From Octopus sinensis (Eukaryota): a stretch of DNA of 64,000 nt. A model generated the notes under the pieces. It had not been told where the DNA came from. It saw only the letters and a program-made list of their open reading frames with translations, and made no database searches. The first letter of the stretch is position 1. The number at the start of each line of letters is the position of its first letter. Below are positions 50,647 through 62,935 of this stretch, piece after piece. The translations under genes and the position numbers were made by a program. The stretch is taken from contig NC_042999.1 of assembly GCF_006345805.1 (NCBI RefSeq), positions 23,250,001 through 23,314,000 of the forward strand, in the 5' to 3' direction.

Positions 50647-50754
50647 CTGGCGTAGTTAATTAATCCAACATAGTCTCTGAAAGCAGTGTTTATGTTACAA
50701 GTATGTATGTTTCCGTAATACGGCTTAAGAGCTACAGTTGCTAGCACAAAGTAG
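50647..50754 (-). CDS. Candidate orphan exon (YFVLATVALKPYYGNIHTCNINTAFRDYVGLINYAR), product unknown
   Basis: ttcactttctgttag| acceptor and CAG|gtttgt donor. 108 nt with a single open frame. No homology recognised. Confidence 0.3.
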
Positions 50755-51168
50755 CTAACAGAAAGTGAATCACTAACTAAACGATTGGTAGAGAAGTTGT
50801 TTTTCTTTTTTGTTATTAATATCTATTTTAGTAAAGGGAAGATAATTAACCAAAATTGAAGCCGGCAGAATTAATTGATCTATTTAAAAAAATCAAAGAA
50901 TATTTTTTTTCTTTCTTTAATTATAAAGTTATTGATTGTGAGAAAGTGGGGTGGGATGAGAAATGGTTCAGAAAGAGGGTTAAAATTTCATAATCACAGT
51001 TGCGTGTTATTGCGTGGGCTTGGCCGCTCCTTCTTCCTTAAACTTAACATACTTTCGACTACATCTAACACCCATATATTAACCCAATGCTGTACTGTGT
51101 GCCAGATACAATAAACAGGACATCTTTGCGTGGTTTCCATGCATCATTTACGATACACGTCCCAATTT

Positions 51169-51382
51169 GGATCTTGTTAAATTTCTTCCAACCACTTGAA
51201 GTTTCACTTAATTATTTTTACGTAACTTTAAATGCTTCTAATTTCTTTATTAATTTCTAAAAAAAAAATAAATGCGATTTTCGTCATGGCATGCAAAATT
51301 ATATCGGAACTATATTTTTTTGAAAATATTTTGGTGAAAAATTGAAATACTCCAAGTGGTTGAAAGAAATTTAACAAGATCC
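51169..51382. mobile_element. Short GGATC-TIR MITE, TSD CCCAATTT/TCCAATTT
   Basis: About 34-bp TIR GGATCTTGTTAAATTTCTT.CAACCACTTG.AGT. Confidence 0.8.
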
Positions 51383-51866
51383 TCCAATTTTTTCCAACCA
51401 CATGAATAACTTGAGATTTATGAAAGGAAAGCCTTCATAACTCAGAACGTATAAAACAAAGGCTAAGTCTAAAAATAAGTTTGGATGTTTAGGACAAACT
51501 TATGAAAACACTTTGGACAGACAAAGGAGTGATTCATAATTGAAGGGGGGGAAATGTTTCGTTAATGAAGATGTGAAAAAAATGTCTATGGAAAATAGTT
51601 TAGAAACAAAGTTATGATTTGGCATCGCATGGGGTTTTGGCCGCTCCTTTTTTGAATCTGATATAACTCTTTTACTCTTTTAGTTGTTTCAGTCATTTGA
51701 CTGTGGCCATGCTGGAACACCGCCTTTAGTCGAGCAAATCGACCCCAGGACTTATTCTTTGTAAGCCTAGTACTTATGCTATCGGTATGTTTTGCCGAAC
51801 CGCTAAGTTACAGAGACGTAAATACACCAGCATCGGTTGTCAAGCGATGTTGGGGAACAAACACAG

Positions 51867-51942
<76 letters not shown>

Positions 51943-52981
51943 GACGGGTTTCTTTCAGTTTCCGTCTACCAAATCCACTCACAAGGCTTTGGTCGACCCG
52001 AGGTAAATAGTAGAAGACACTTGCCTAAGGTGCCATGCAGTGGGACTGAACCCGGAACCATGTGTTTGGTTAGCAAGCTGCTTACCACACAGCCACTCCT
52101 AACTCCAACAAAAGCAGACAGACATATATTAAGTGGCTACCCAGAGCGGTCGCCAAATTGATGCCCCCTCACCCCACCTTCAATACACCGTATTTGATGA
52201 TTCAAAAACAAAATGTTTCCAAAAAAAAAAAATTACACCAAGTTCACTGTACGAAGTTGGGCTTCCCATAAACTTTAACTCTCTAAAAACTTGAATACGC
52301 GCTACTTAAATTAAGATGCGTCTAAAATGCCATCAAAATACGGTACATAAAGTAACAACCTTATACAGAAGGCAAATTGCACCATTTCCGTCAGCACCAC
52401 CTTCCTTCCTTAAACGCCACATACCTTTCACTACAGCAGTACCACTCCTCTCCATGTACGTAGCATCCCTTCCACTACAATTAACTCTTGAATATAATGT
52501 GGAAGCACTGTACAGTTCACACACACCGCGTTACCCCATTTAACTATTATTTCAGAAAAGGAATGAACACACCACAAAAAGAATGCTTAAATCATTTTAT
52601 TTTCAGCTATCAGTATTAATTTCAAATTCGAGGGATGATATAACTCAATTACATCGAACCTGGTGTTCAATTGGTACTGATTCTATAGACCCTGAAAGGA
52701 CCAAGGCTAAAAGCATTTTGTCCAGCATGCTAATGAAAGGGCCAGCTCAACATACATACCATAAAAAAGTGATTAAATCCTTTTTTTTTAATTTTTTTTT
52801 TTTAGCCATGAATATTAATGTATAATTCTCACTTGTTTTTCAACTTTTCTGAGGTTAATGAACAAAATACCAGTGATATGGTGGTGGGAATTTAATTGGT
52901 GGCCACTACATTCTTTCCCTACAAATTTGTGGCTTTGTGTCAGTGTGAGATGTCAACATTTTAAACTTTAAGAAAGTTATT

Positions 52982-53415
52982 GGATCTTTTCGGTTTGAAC
53001 GGCAGTTTTTAACATAATTTCCTGGTAACTAAAAAATTTTAAACTTCGTATACTGGTAGAATGTGTTTATAAAACATCTTTTTCTCTTGGCTTTATTGAG
53101 AAAAGTCTATGGTTTGTAAGATATTTGTTGTTTTTTTTCTTCAATTTCTGCAATTTCAACCAATCAATGATGTCCATTGAGGTAAAAAAAACATTCTGTG
53201 CAGTATGAATATGTCCCTCATTTAAGAAACAGATTGGGTTTATTTACATTTCTGAAGAAAAAAAAGATACCCTTTCCCCCACCCCTAACTAACTCTAACC
53301 AACCCTAACACTAAAACAGATTGAAATGCAATAGATCGATACTAGGGTCATAATTATGGGTGACAATTTCATATGACACCGCTAGAAAAAACTGCCGTTC
53401 AAACCAAAAAGATCC
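52982..53415. mobile_element. GGATC-TIR MITE (same family), TSD AAGTTATT/AAGTTATA
   Basis: Colinear with 9824-10241. Confidence 0.88.
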
Positions 53416-53666
53416 AAGTTATATATTGGTAATGTGTGTGTGTTTCACTTGCGGAGGGCAGTGCCCTTGGCCTCCATAACCCCTCTGAAGTCAATGTGAT
53501 CAATACTATTTATAATCTTCATCTGGAATACAATAAAGTTTGACATATGTAATATATTGAGTTCAAAAACATTGATCAGTTGTGATTATCCAGCTAATTA
53601 GTAGACACTCCTGGATACACGGTGAGATTTGGTTGTTATTCCTAGCAGCTTGAGTGACCGTTAGAG

Positions 53667-54360
53667 CAGGCCTGGCCAACTCAAATTACATTGTGGGCCA
53701 CTTTAATCACAAAGTTTTTTTGAGGGCCGTTTGTCTACTTTATACACAAATAGTCAAGTAATCAAATTACAGAATCAAGAATTTTTCATACTTTTTGTTT
53801 GTTTAAAATTATAAAATTGTAGGCTATTGCTTTATTGCCAATTTTCATTACAATCTTTAATTTTTGATAAAATTTTTTAAATGTTTATCTAGGAGTAGCT
53901 GTGTGGTAAGTAGCTTGCTTACCAACCACATGGTTCCGAGTTCAGTCCCACTGCATGGCACCTTGGGCAAGTGTCTTCTACCATAGCCTCAGGCCGACCA
54001 AAGCCTTGTGAGTGGATCTGGTAGATGGAAACTGAAAGAAGCCCATAGTGTATATGTATATATATGTTTGTGTGTCTGTGATTGTCCCCCCAACATCGCT
54101 TGACAACCAGTGCTGGTCTGTTTACATCTCGGTAACTTCGTGGTTCGACAAAAGAGACTGATAGAATAAGTACTAGGCTTCCAAAGAATAAGTCCTGGAG
54201 TCAATTTGCTCAACTAAAGGTGATGCTCCAGTATGGCCGCAGTCAAATGATTGAAACAAGTAAAAGAGTGAATAAACCCATTTGAAGAAAGTATTGAGCA
54301 GGCCAAAAGATAAGTCTACAGGTCACATGTGGCCCGCAGGCCTCAGGTTGGTCAGCACTG
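53667..54360. mobile_element. hAT-like MITE interrupted by SINE A
   Basis: TIR CAGGCCTGGCCAAC / GTTGGTCAGCACTG. TSD degenerate. Confidence 0.6.
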
Positions 54361-55367
54361 ATGTAGAATCTTCTTGGTTGTTCAACATGCGTATGCATAT
54401 CGTGAGGGAGATGTGAATTGTAACATTTTTCTCAGGGCAATTTATCAATTGTTTTTTTCTTCTCTATAAGACGGGTCCTGTTTGAAACATTAGAACCCTA
54501 CATAACACTGGTTTTCTTATTCTTCTTCTTCAAGCAGCCACAACTAAGATAATGATGATGCTGATAATCATCGACTGAGTGATTGATAACATTTTGAATT
54601 TTCTAGTTTCAGTTTTTGTAATACAAGAGCAGACAACTCAATATGTCAAGCAAGCAAACTAGCCTAACTAAACCTCGTTTTTTTGTTGTTGTTGTTGTTG
54701 TTGTTATTTTGTTTTTTCTTTTTGTGGTTGGACAATGTTAAATTGGTAATAAAATACAAAAATTTCCAGTACTGTAGTTGTGAACAAACTCGTAACCAAA
54801 AGGCAAAAACAAGAACAAGATGATAGTTAAGGAAGGAGATTTAAAAATCATAAAATCACAAATTATTGCAAATATTTTGAATTTTATTACAAAAGAAAGA
54901 AAAAAAAAGGAAAATGGAGTTATGGAGACTTGCAAACAGTTTTTCTCTCATATCTTTACATAAAGAAATAAAATGTTGTTTTTTTTTTTTTTGCTAAACC
55001 AATTAACTAAATAAAAAAAGCTCAGAAACGGCCAAAACTATGACATAGAAATAATTTTATGCTTATGTTTATGTAGAGTTTGACAGTTTTTAAGCAATGT
55101 TAAATAATCTCTTTTTACATAGAAAATTAGAAACTAAATTTAAATTTCTCATTAGAGATCTCTGTATTTTTTTTTTTGCTTTCAATTATATATATATATA
55201 TATTTAATATCCCTTAAATGGTTATTTAACACCTAGCTAAATTATATATATATATATATATATATCAGGAATTACAATTCAATTCTTAAATGTATTTTGG
55301 GGGGTTCCAATTATATTTCTTTATATGCATGTATATATAGACACACGTGTGTGTGTATATATATCTA

Positions 55368-55400
<33 letters not shown>

Positions 55401-56016
55401 CAAATATGTACTGATCCTATCTAAGTGATTTAAACAATGCATGAACTGAGTGAGTTAATATCTAATATCTGCATGGAATGAGTTAAATAGTGTAAGATTA
55501 ACTTGAACTCTCTCTTGGAAAGTAAAGAAAAAGCTTGTCACCCCATCTACTAAAAGCAAATCAAAGGAGGGAAGACTTAATAAAGCATGCATAAGAAGTG
55601 TGGTTCACTTCAGAATTGAGACATGAGCTGTGAATACAGAGTATCAGATGATATTGGGGAATAATGAGTTGAGCGTGATCTGTTGGCAAGTTGAACTGAG
55701 TGCAAACGAAGAAGGAATGTAATTAGGTTTTAAAGGTGGTGGTAGCTAATTATACTTTTCAGGGATTGGTGTGTGGTGTGAATGAATGATGCAAATCTAG
55801 TGACTGAGGGTACAATGAGTTGGTGGAAGAAGGTGCCTATCGAAGAAGCAAACCAAGGAATTGGATGACAAGAGAATTGTGTTTCAGAGAAGAGAAGTGA
55901 TATAGGTATGTGAAAGTCCACTGCTTGCATAGAAAAGCTGATAATACTTTTCAGCGGAGGTGTCCAAGCATGGCCGCGGACTAAAACATTTTTAAGGATT
56001 TATATATATATATAAT

Positions 56017-56133
56017 AATTTTTTGCGTAATGAGATAAAAAGCCAAGGCTGTATAGATATTAGACCATTATCTATCTATAAATGCTCTAACATCTATACA
56101 GCCTTTGTTTTTTATCTCATTACGCAAAAAATT
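56017..56133. repeat. Inverted repeat, about 48-bp arms
   Basis: aattttttgcgtaatgagat...taga / tcta...atctcattacgcaaaaaatt. Confidence 0.85.
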
Positions 56134-56373
56134 CTTATATACACACGCTGACATAGAACCAACCCTTTATTCGCAATATTACCGAATCTGGAACTTAACT
56201 ATGGTCTGTCTATAGCACTTATTCAGCATTACCTGACACCTATGGGTCTCAATGACACCATTATCCCTTTTATATATATATATATATATATAGGTAGATA
56301 TATATAAAAAGGAAGAAAATGGAGATTGTGAAGTTAATAAGAGTTTATTATCAACAACAAATTGATTATTATG

Positions 56374-56452
56374 CCTTACAGCTGTTTCGATTATACACAG
56401 TAAATTAATTGAATATTAAAGTCATACTTCTGAGCAGAAACTCTTCAGAGGG
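56374..56452 (-). ncRNA. Hammerhead H3, left arm of fold-back
   Basis: CCCU-CUGAAGA-G...AUAAUC-GAAACAGCUGU-A-AGG. Confidence 0.6.
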
Positions 56453-56549
56453 AAAAAAATATACCCTTAGATGTTTTGTATGTTTGTTTATAGATTCATC
56501 ATAGCAGACAAATCTATAAACATACAAAATATCTAAGAGTATATTGTTT

Positions 56550-56630
56550 ATCCTCTGAAGAGATTATTTTCAGAAATATGAACTTAATATTCAATTAATT
56601 CTGTGTATAATCGAAACAGCTGTAAAGGAT
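56550..56630 (+). ncRNA. Hammerhead family H3 with long loop II (right arm of fold-back)
   Basis: AUCCU-CUGAAGA-GAUUAU(about 39 nt)AUAAUC-GAAACAGCUGU-A-AAGGAU. Palindromic stem III. Confidence 0.7.
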
Positions 56631-56916
56631 AATAATCAATTTGTTGTTGATAATAAACTCATTAACTTCACAATCTCTACTGTCTTCTTTTATATGAATA
56701 TAAACTACAGTTTATATACATACCTATTTAAGGAAATCAATTCCTCCCAAAATGTTAGGTATTGAACCAGTATTTCCTTGGCTGACACCATCCCTTCATG
56801 AGGCTAACATAACCTCTAATCTAAATAGATAGATAGATCATATAAAGTCCATTTTCCATGCTGGTATCGGTTGGACGGTTATATATATGTATGTGTGTGG
56901 CAACCAGACAAACAAT

Positions 56917-56962
56917 GAAGAATTATATTCTTACATAACTTTATGTAAGAATATAATTCTTC
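56917..56962. repeat. Perfect 22-bp AT-rich hairpin with 2-nt loop
   Basis: gaagaattatattcttacataa ct ttatgtaagaatataattcttc. Confidence 0.9.
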
Positions 56963-57064
56963 CTTCTTTATCGCATTGCTGTTATACTCCGTGATTAATG
57001 TACCAACCTATTGAAGCTGCCCCGCTAATTTATTAAAATAAGTGACCCATTACCTGTTTTGGTG

Positions 57065-57070
57065 TTTATT
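57065..57070 (-). promoter_or_regulatory. Candidate LSM6 polyadenylation signal AATAAA
   Basis: tttatt on the + strand about 400 nt past the stop. AT-rich context weakens the call. Confidence 0.35.
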
Positions 57071-57476
57071 ATTTTTTTAAAATCCAAATGAGGACTTAAT
57101 TAAAAAAAATTGTGTATGGTTTGTAAGCAGTCAAAAGAAAGTTTGCTATTTAGCAAGAGAAAAACACCAAATAAAATTGATGCATTGTTATTATCATTAT
57201 TATTATTATTATTATAACATGTACCACAGTGTTTCCTTCACTAAAATCTCAATCAGAAATAAATATCCATATATTTGAGAAATTTTCTCTTTTCTTCCTC
57301 TTCCTCCTTGTTCTTTTTCTTCTTCTTCTTCATAATCATCTCACTCAGATATGTCTGGTAATTTTCCATAACAGTATCACCTCCATGAATGAAAAATAAT
57401 GGCAATATTGACAGTTGTAAAAAAAAAAAAAAGAATTATTTTTTTTCTTTTAATAGAGGCTAACTTCCTGATTCTT

Positions 57477-57511
57477 TCATATTCGCCGTTTTTGAGTGCT
57501 TATGTACAGAA
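57477..57511 (-). CDS. LSM6: LSM6 last coding exon (VLYISTQKRRI*)
   Basis: tttgcag| acceptor. 35 nt to TGA. Total CDS 94+114+35=243 nt = 80 aa plus stop. Confidence 0.96.
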
Positions 57512-58606
57512 CTGCAAATATAAGAAAAGTAAACAAAAAGAAAAAAAAAACATTTAGATTGATACTGACAAGCAACAAGGAGAAATATGGAAATATATTC
57601 ATCAGAAGAAAGTCTGCAGAAATCATATCAATTAAGCCCATTGTCATTGTTTAATATCTGTATATATATATATATCTGCGTATATGTATATATACACTCA
57701 CGGTGTGGTACTACACTCACGGTGTGGTACTACACTCACGGATTGGTTGGCGTTAGGAAGGGCATCCAGCAGTAGAAACACTGCCAGATCAGACTGGAAG
57801 CCTGGTGCAGCCTCCTGGCTTCCCAGACCCCAGTTGAACCGTCCAACCCATGCTAGCATGGAGAACGGACGTTAAACGATGATGATGATGATGATATATA
57901 TATGTGTGTGTGTGTTTGTGTGTCTGTTTTTGTTCCCCCCAACGTCACTTGACAACCAGTGCTGGTGTGTTTACGTCTCCGTAACTTAGAGGTTCAGCAA
58001 AAGCGACCGATAGAATATGAGTGAAACAAGTAAAAGAGTAAATAAACTCATTTCAAGAAAGTATCGAGCAGGCCAAAAGATAAAGGTCTAGAGGCCACAT
58101 GTGGCCCGCAGGCCTCAGGTTGGTCAGCCCTGATGTAGAATCTTCTTGGTTGTTCAACATACGTATACATATCGTTCCATGCTGGCATGAGTTGAATAGC
58201 TTGACAGAATCAGACAAGCCAGAGGGAGGGCTAAGTTGGATTCCATTGCTTGATTTGGCAAGATTCTATGGCTGGATGCCCTTCCAAACAAAACCCACTT
58301 AACAGCATCATAGATAAATGCAGTCCCAATAAACAAGGTATTTACTAGCAAATCAAAATTTTAAAAATGAATTATTTATGTAAAGAAACCAGTTAGTTTA
58401 TTTCATGGGTATTTCATTATTACCAATATATTCATTTCATGCCTTTACATTCTCAGTTCAAATTCTGCCAACGTCTACCGTGCCTTTCATCCATTTGGAG
58501 GTCAACGAAATAAGTACCTGTTAAGCACTGGGGTCAACATAATTGATTAGCTCCTCTCCCAAAATTCTCAGCCTTGAGCTTGTTGTAGAAAGGATTATTA
58601 CAACTA

Positions 58607-59420
58607 TCATCATCATCGTTTAACGTCCGTTTTCCATGCTAGCATGGGTTGGACGGTTCAACCGGGGTCTGGGAAGCTAGGAGGCTGCTCCAGGCTCCAG
58701 TCTGATCTGGCAGTGTTTCTACAGCTGGATGCCCTTCCTAACGCCAACCACTCCGTGAGTGTAGTGGGTGCTTTTTACGTGCCACCGGTACAGGTGCCAG
58801 GGAAGGCTGGCAACGGCCACGATCGGTTGGTGCTTTTTACGTGCCACCGACACGAAAGCCAATCAAGGCGGCGCTGGCATCGGCCACGTTTGGATGGTGC
58901 TTTTTATGTGCCACCAGCACAAGTATCACAACTACAATTTCCATTTGATTTTTTGATGTTGATGTACTTGACTCAATAGGTCTCCTCAAGCACAGCAGGT
59001 TGCCCTACGATCCAAGGTAAGCACAGCAGGCCATCCTGCAATCCAAGGTACTTTGGATGGGCTGGGGCTTCTATGTGAAGCTGGTGCAGGAAACAGCCAT
59101 GAACTCACGTTATTTGTTGGGTCTTTGCTGTCACAGAATATCTCTAGAGGTCTCGGTCTTTCGTCATTGCCTCTGTGAGGCGCAACGTTCAAAGGTCATG
59201 CTTGACCACCTCATCCCATGTCTTCCTGGGTCTATCTACCCCAGATTCCTTCAACTGTTTGGGAGTGGTATATTTAGTGTTAATAACAAGGCAGAACCAA
59301 GACAAATTGTTCTTATGCATTAACATATATTTGGACAAGGGTCCTCATCATTGTTCTTATAGTATCAACATTTTGGCCATTATGTTATCCAATGCCTGTT
59401 GTATCAGGTAATGTTCTTAG
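58607..59420 (-). mobile_element. 5'-truncated RTE LINE: ORF end contiguous with the abundant GTTGGCGTTAGGAAGGGCATCC 3' element
   Basis: RPRKTWDEVVKHDL..L.LTEAMTKDRDL.R. runs into the family-C tail ending in (GAT)n. Confidence 0.8.
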
Positions 59421-60326
59421 AATTTTGAACCAAACCATTCATTAAATCCATAGGGATTTATTGTCGACACTTGAGACATTCTTATGTTATTTATTCCACT
59501 TGTGATATTGTTTCCGTGTTCCATTTGAACCAGAGTTTATATTAGATTGACTGACCCAAGGATTGAACTCACATCCACCAGTTAAACTATTACACTATAA
59601 TCATCGCTTATATTCACCATCCCATTGTGTCATCCATCACAAGGTATAAACCTAGTCATGGTATAGCGGCTTGTGTGCCTCAATGACCCTACGAGATCCT
59701 AGGGGTCAGAACCTTTCCTATTATCTCTATTTCTTTACTACCCACAAGGGGCTAAACATAGAGGGGACAAACAAAGACAGACAAACGGATTAAGTCGATT
59801 ACATCGACCCTGGTGCGTATCTGGTACTTAATTTATCGACCCCGAAAGGATGAAAGGCAAAGTCGACCTTGGCGGAATTTGAACTCAGAACGTAACGGCA
59901 GACAAAATACGGCTACGCATTTCTCCCGGCATGCTAATGTTTCTGCCAGCTCGCCGCCTTTCCTATTATCATGTACTTGTCCATTATGTAACAGTACAAC
60001 CTGTAGTCAACTAGTCTAGGGAGAGGCCTTCAAAATTTATGGCTACTAACCTCCTCTTGAATCAAACAAATCTTGATCTAGGAAAAACACAACAGCTAAA
60101 GTTCAATTTTAATTCATGACTATGATATCTTTAATCTTGCTCTTCTGCTCGAGAGCTTATGATTTAAGCAAATGAGGAAAGACTATTAGGCCATTTAGTC
60201 TACTAGAAACAACAACCAAATCTGTCTAAAATTACATCCTACCCTTTACATTTGATCATAGGCCTGCCCAATCAGAATTGAACTGACCTGTGGTTAAACA
60301 ACAACAAAATAAATAACTGACTGTAC

Positions 60327-60440
60327 CATTATTTCCACGGATGAAAGCATCACCGTATCTGTTCTTCAGTTGACCATTTACATATTCCTCTGTCTGCTCC
60401 AGAGCGATATTCATGTAACCATCCAGACAAGCCAAAACAC
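60327..60440 (-). CDS. LSM6: LSM6 coding exon 2 (GVLACLDGYMNIALEQTEEYVNGQLKNRYGDAFIRGNNV)
   Basis: tttcag|GT acceptor and ATG|gtacag donor. 114 nt, phase 1-1. Carries the Sm1/Sm2 motifs of LSm6. Confidence 0.97.
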
Positions 60441-62841
60441 CTGAAATATAATTACATACCTTTTTGATGATAAATTCTACATGTGAGCAAATAAAATAAA
60501 ATAAAAAATAATGTAAATTTTGTTAGAGACATTATCAGCACCGTCTTCATTTTCATGTTTACCTCTCCCTGTTAACACAGACTGGACAGGCTGTCATGTT
60601 CCAAGTCAACTTTTAATTATTTTACCCTCTCTTCAATAGGCCAAGAACCACATTCTCACTTGTACATTTTTATTTCTTTATTGCCCACAAGGGACTAAAC
60701 ATAGAGGAGAGAAACAAGGACAGACAAAGGGATTAAGCCGATTATATCGACCCCACTGCGTAACTGGTACTTAATTTATCGACCCAGAAAGGATGAAAGG
60801 GTAAGTCGACCTTGGCAGAATTTGAACTCAGAACGTAGCGACAGACGAAATACTGCTACACATTTCGCCTGGCATGCTAACGTTTCTTATTTCTTTATTG
60901 CCCACAAGGGGCTAAATATAGAGGGGACAAACAAGGACAGACAAACGGATTAAGTTGATTACATCGACCCCAGTATGCAACTGGTACTTAATTTATCGAC
61001 CCCGAAAGGATGAATGGCAAAGTCGACCTCAGCAGAATTTAAACTCAGAACGTAACAGCAGACGAAATACCACTAAGCATTTCACCTGGCATGCTAATGT
61101 TTCTGCCAGCTCGCCGCCTTCTCACTTGTACATTCTGTTTTATGGTCTGTACTGGATGCATTCTAATCTAACACCAGAGAGGCTGTCTTGTTTCCAACAA
61201 GACTAAAGAATTGTTTCTTCTTTACATTGGTGGTACGTGAAACATTCGAGCAAGGTCGTCGCCAGTGCCGCTGGGCTGGCTCCTGTGCAGGTGGCACATA
61301 AAAAGCACCATTTGGGCATGGCTATTGCCAGTACCACCAAACTGGCCCTCTTGCCGGTGGCACGTAAAAGCACCCACTACACTCTTGGATTGGTTGGTGT
61401 TAGGAAAGGCATCCAGCTGTAGAAACTCTGCCAGATCAGATTGGAGCCTGGTGCAGCCATCTGGTTTGCCAGACCTCAATAAAATCGTCCAACCGATGCT
61501 AGTATGGAAAACGAACGTTAAATGATGATGATGATGATGATGATGATGATTATCTCCTTTATTTGTTCACTAGTATCAAAGAGTTCTCATTAGATGATGG
61601 TAAGTAATTTCACACAAAAAGATAGACAAATGCATTCCTTTTACTTTTCTCTTATTTTACATATTTATTTCATTTGTTAGACTAAACAGTTTTATGCTTA
61701 GATACTCTCTTTACTCCTGAACCCTTTACTGTGCTGCATGGAATGGAGCTAATTTTTTTTATTCAACAAAGCAAAATGAAGAAAGCAGAATTAGGTACCT
61801 TACTCAGAGATACATAATGACAGCAGTAAGATCTGAGCAATGTGGAATTCAGAACTAATTTTACAGCCATCATATCTCATCTTTAAGTTTACAGTTGTCC
61901 TTGTTCCTCATTTATAATGGCATAACAACTATATTTTCCTTCCTCTAAAACAATTTTGGAGCTATAACCTCTTAAACAGAGATCATGTTCTCTCTAGGGA
62001 TTATAAACCAAAATTATTTTAGATCAAATCTAGAAATAGTTTGTTGTTTCTTGGGAGGGTCATTGTGCCAATAATAAACATACACACTGGTTCTATTTCG
62101 TTTCTTTATTATTCATAATTTGGAGCCTGGTGTAGCCATCTGGTTCGCCAGTCCTCAGTCAAATTGTTCAACCCATGCTAGCATGGAAAGTGGACATTAA
62201 ACGATGATGATGATGAGTTAACTATTTAACCAATTGACTAATTGGTTGATTGATTAATCAATCAGTCAGTTAGGTTTGTCAAAAACCTTTCATCAACACT
62301 TGCAGCCTCTTCAATGACATGCCCTCTCTACTTCAGGTCAGCTTCAGGTCTGTCTGTCACCTAATTTTAGATTCTATCATCATCATCATCATTTAACGTC
62401 CGTTTTCCATGCTAGCATGGGTTGGACGGTTCAACCGGGGTCTGGGAAGTCAGGAGGCTGCACCAGTCTCTAGTCTGATCTGGCAGTGTTTCTACAGCTG
62501 GATGCCCTTCCTAACGCCAGCCACTTCGTGAGTGTAGTGGGTGCTTTTTATGTGCCACATGCACAGGTGCCAGACGAGGCTGGCAAATGGCCACGATCGG
62601 TGGGTGCTTTTACGTGTCACTGACACAGACGCCAGTCAGGCAGCGCTGGCAACTGTCACGTTCGGACGGTGCTTTTAACGTGTCACTGGCACAGGTATAT
62701 TTATATAAATTTTGATTAAAATGTTGAAATTTCATCACAAATTTCTCATCCACAATTTTAAGCATTTATAAGCTAATGAGTTTCATAAAGGCATACAAAT
62801 TCAGTATAATAATAAATCTATATAGGAATCTTTTTACAAAC

Positions 62842-62935
62842 CTCGATAATCCACACCAGAGTTCAATTTCACCACTACAGGACGCCCAATAATTTGCTTT
62901 AAAAAATCACTTGGTGTTTGCTTTCGACCAGACAT
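62842..62935 (-). CDS. LSM6: LSM6 coding exon 1 (MSGRKQTPSDFLKQIIGRPVVVKLNSGVDYRG)
   Basis: ttttcag|A-ATG acceptor and GAG|gtttgt donor. 94 nt, phase 1. Peptide nearly identical to the LSm6 N-terminus. Confidence 0.97.

Larger units (their letters stand above)
56301..56695. repeat. Long fold-back (about 190-bp arms) carrying two hammerheads
   Basis: Arms 56301-56496 and 56511-56695. Confidence 0.88.

Noticed and set aside
51080-51168. Merlin transposase remnant suggested by GTCIVNDAWK
   Set aside because: Downstream VNHS..FV motif missing; too short to support.
52333-52524. ORF MCELYSAS.. as an exon
   Set aside because: No convincing acceptor and no recognisable homology.
55480-55960. Decayed L2/CR1-like LINE (also 29700-30070)
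   Set aside because: Composition is suggestive but no motif could be read with confidence.
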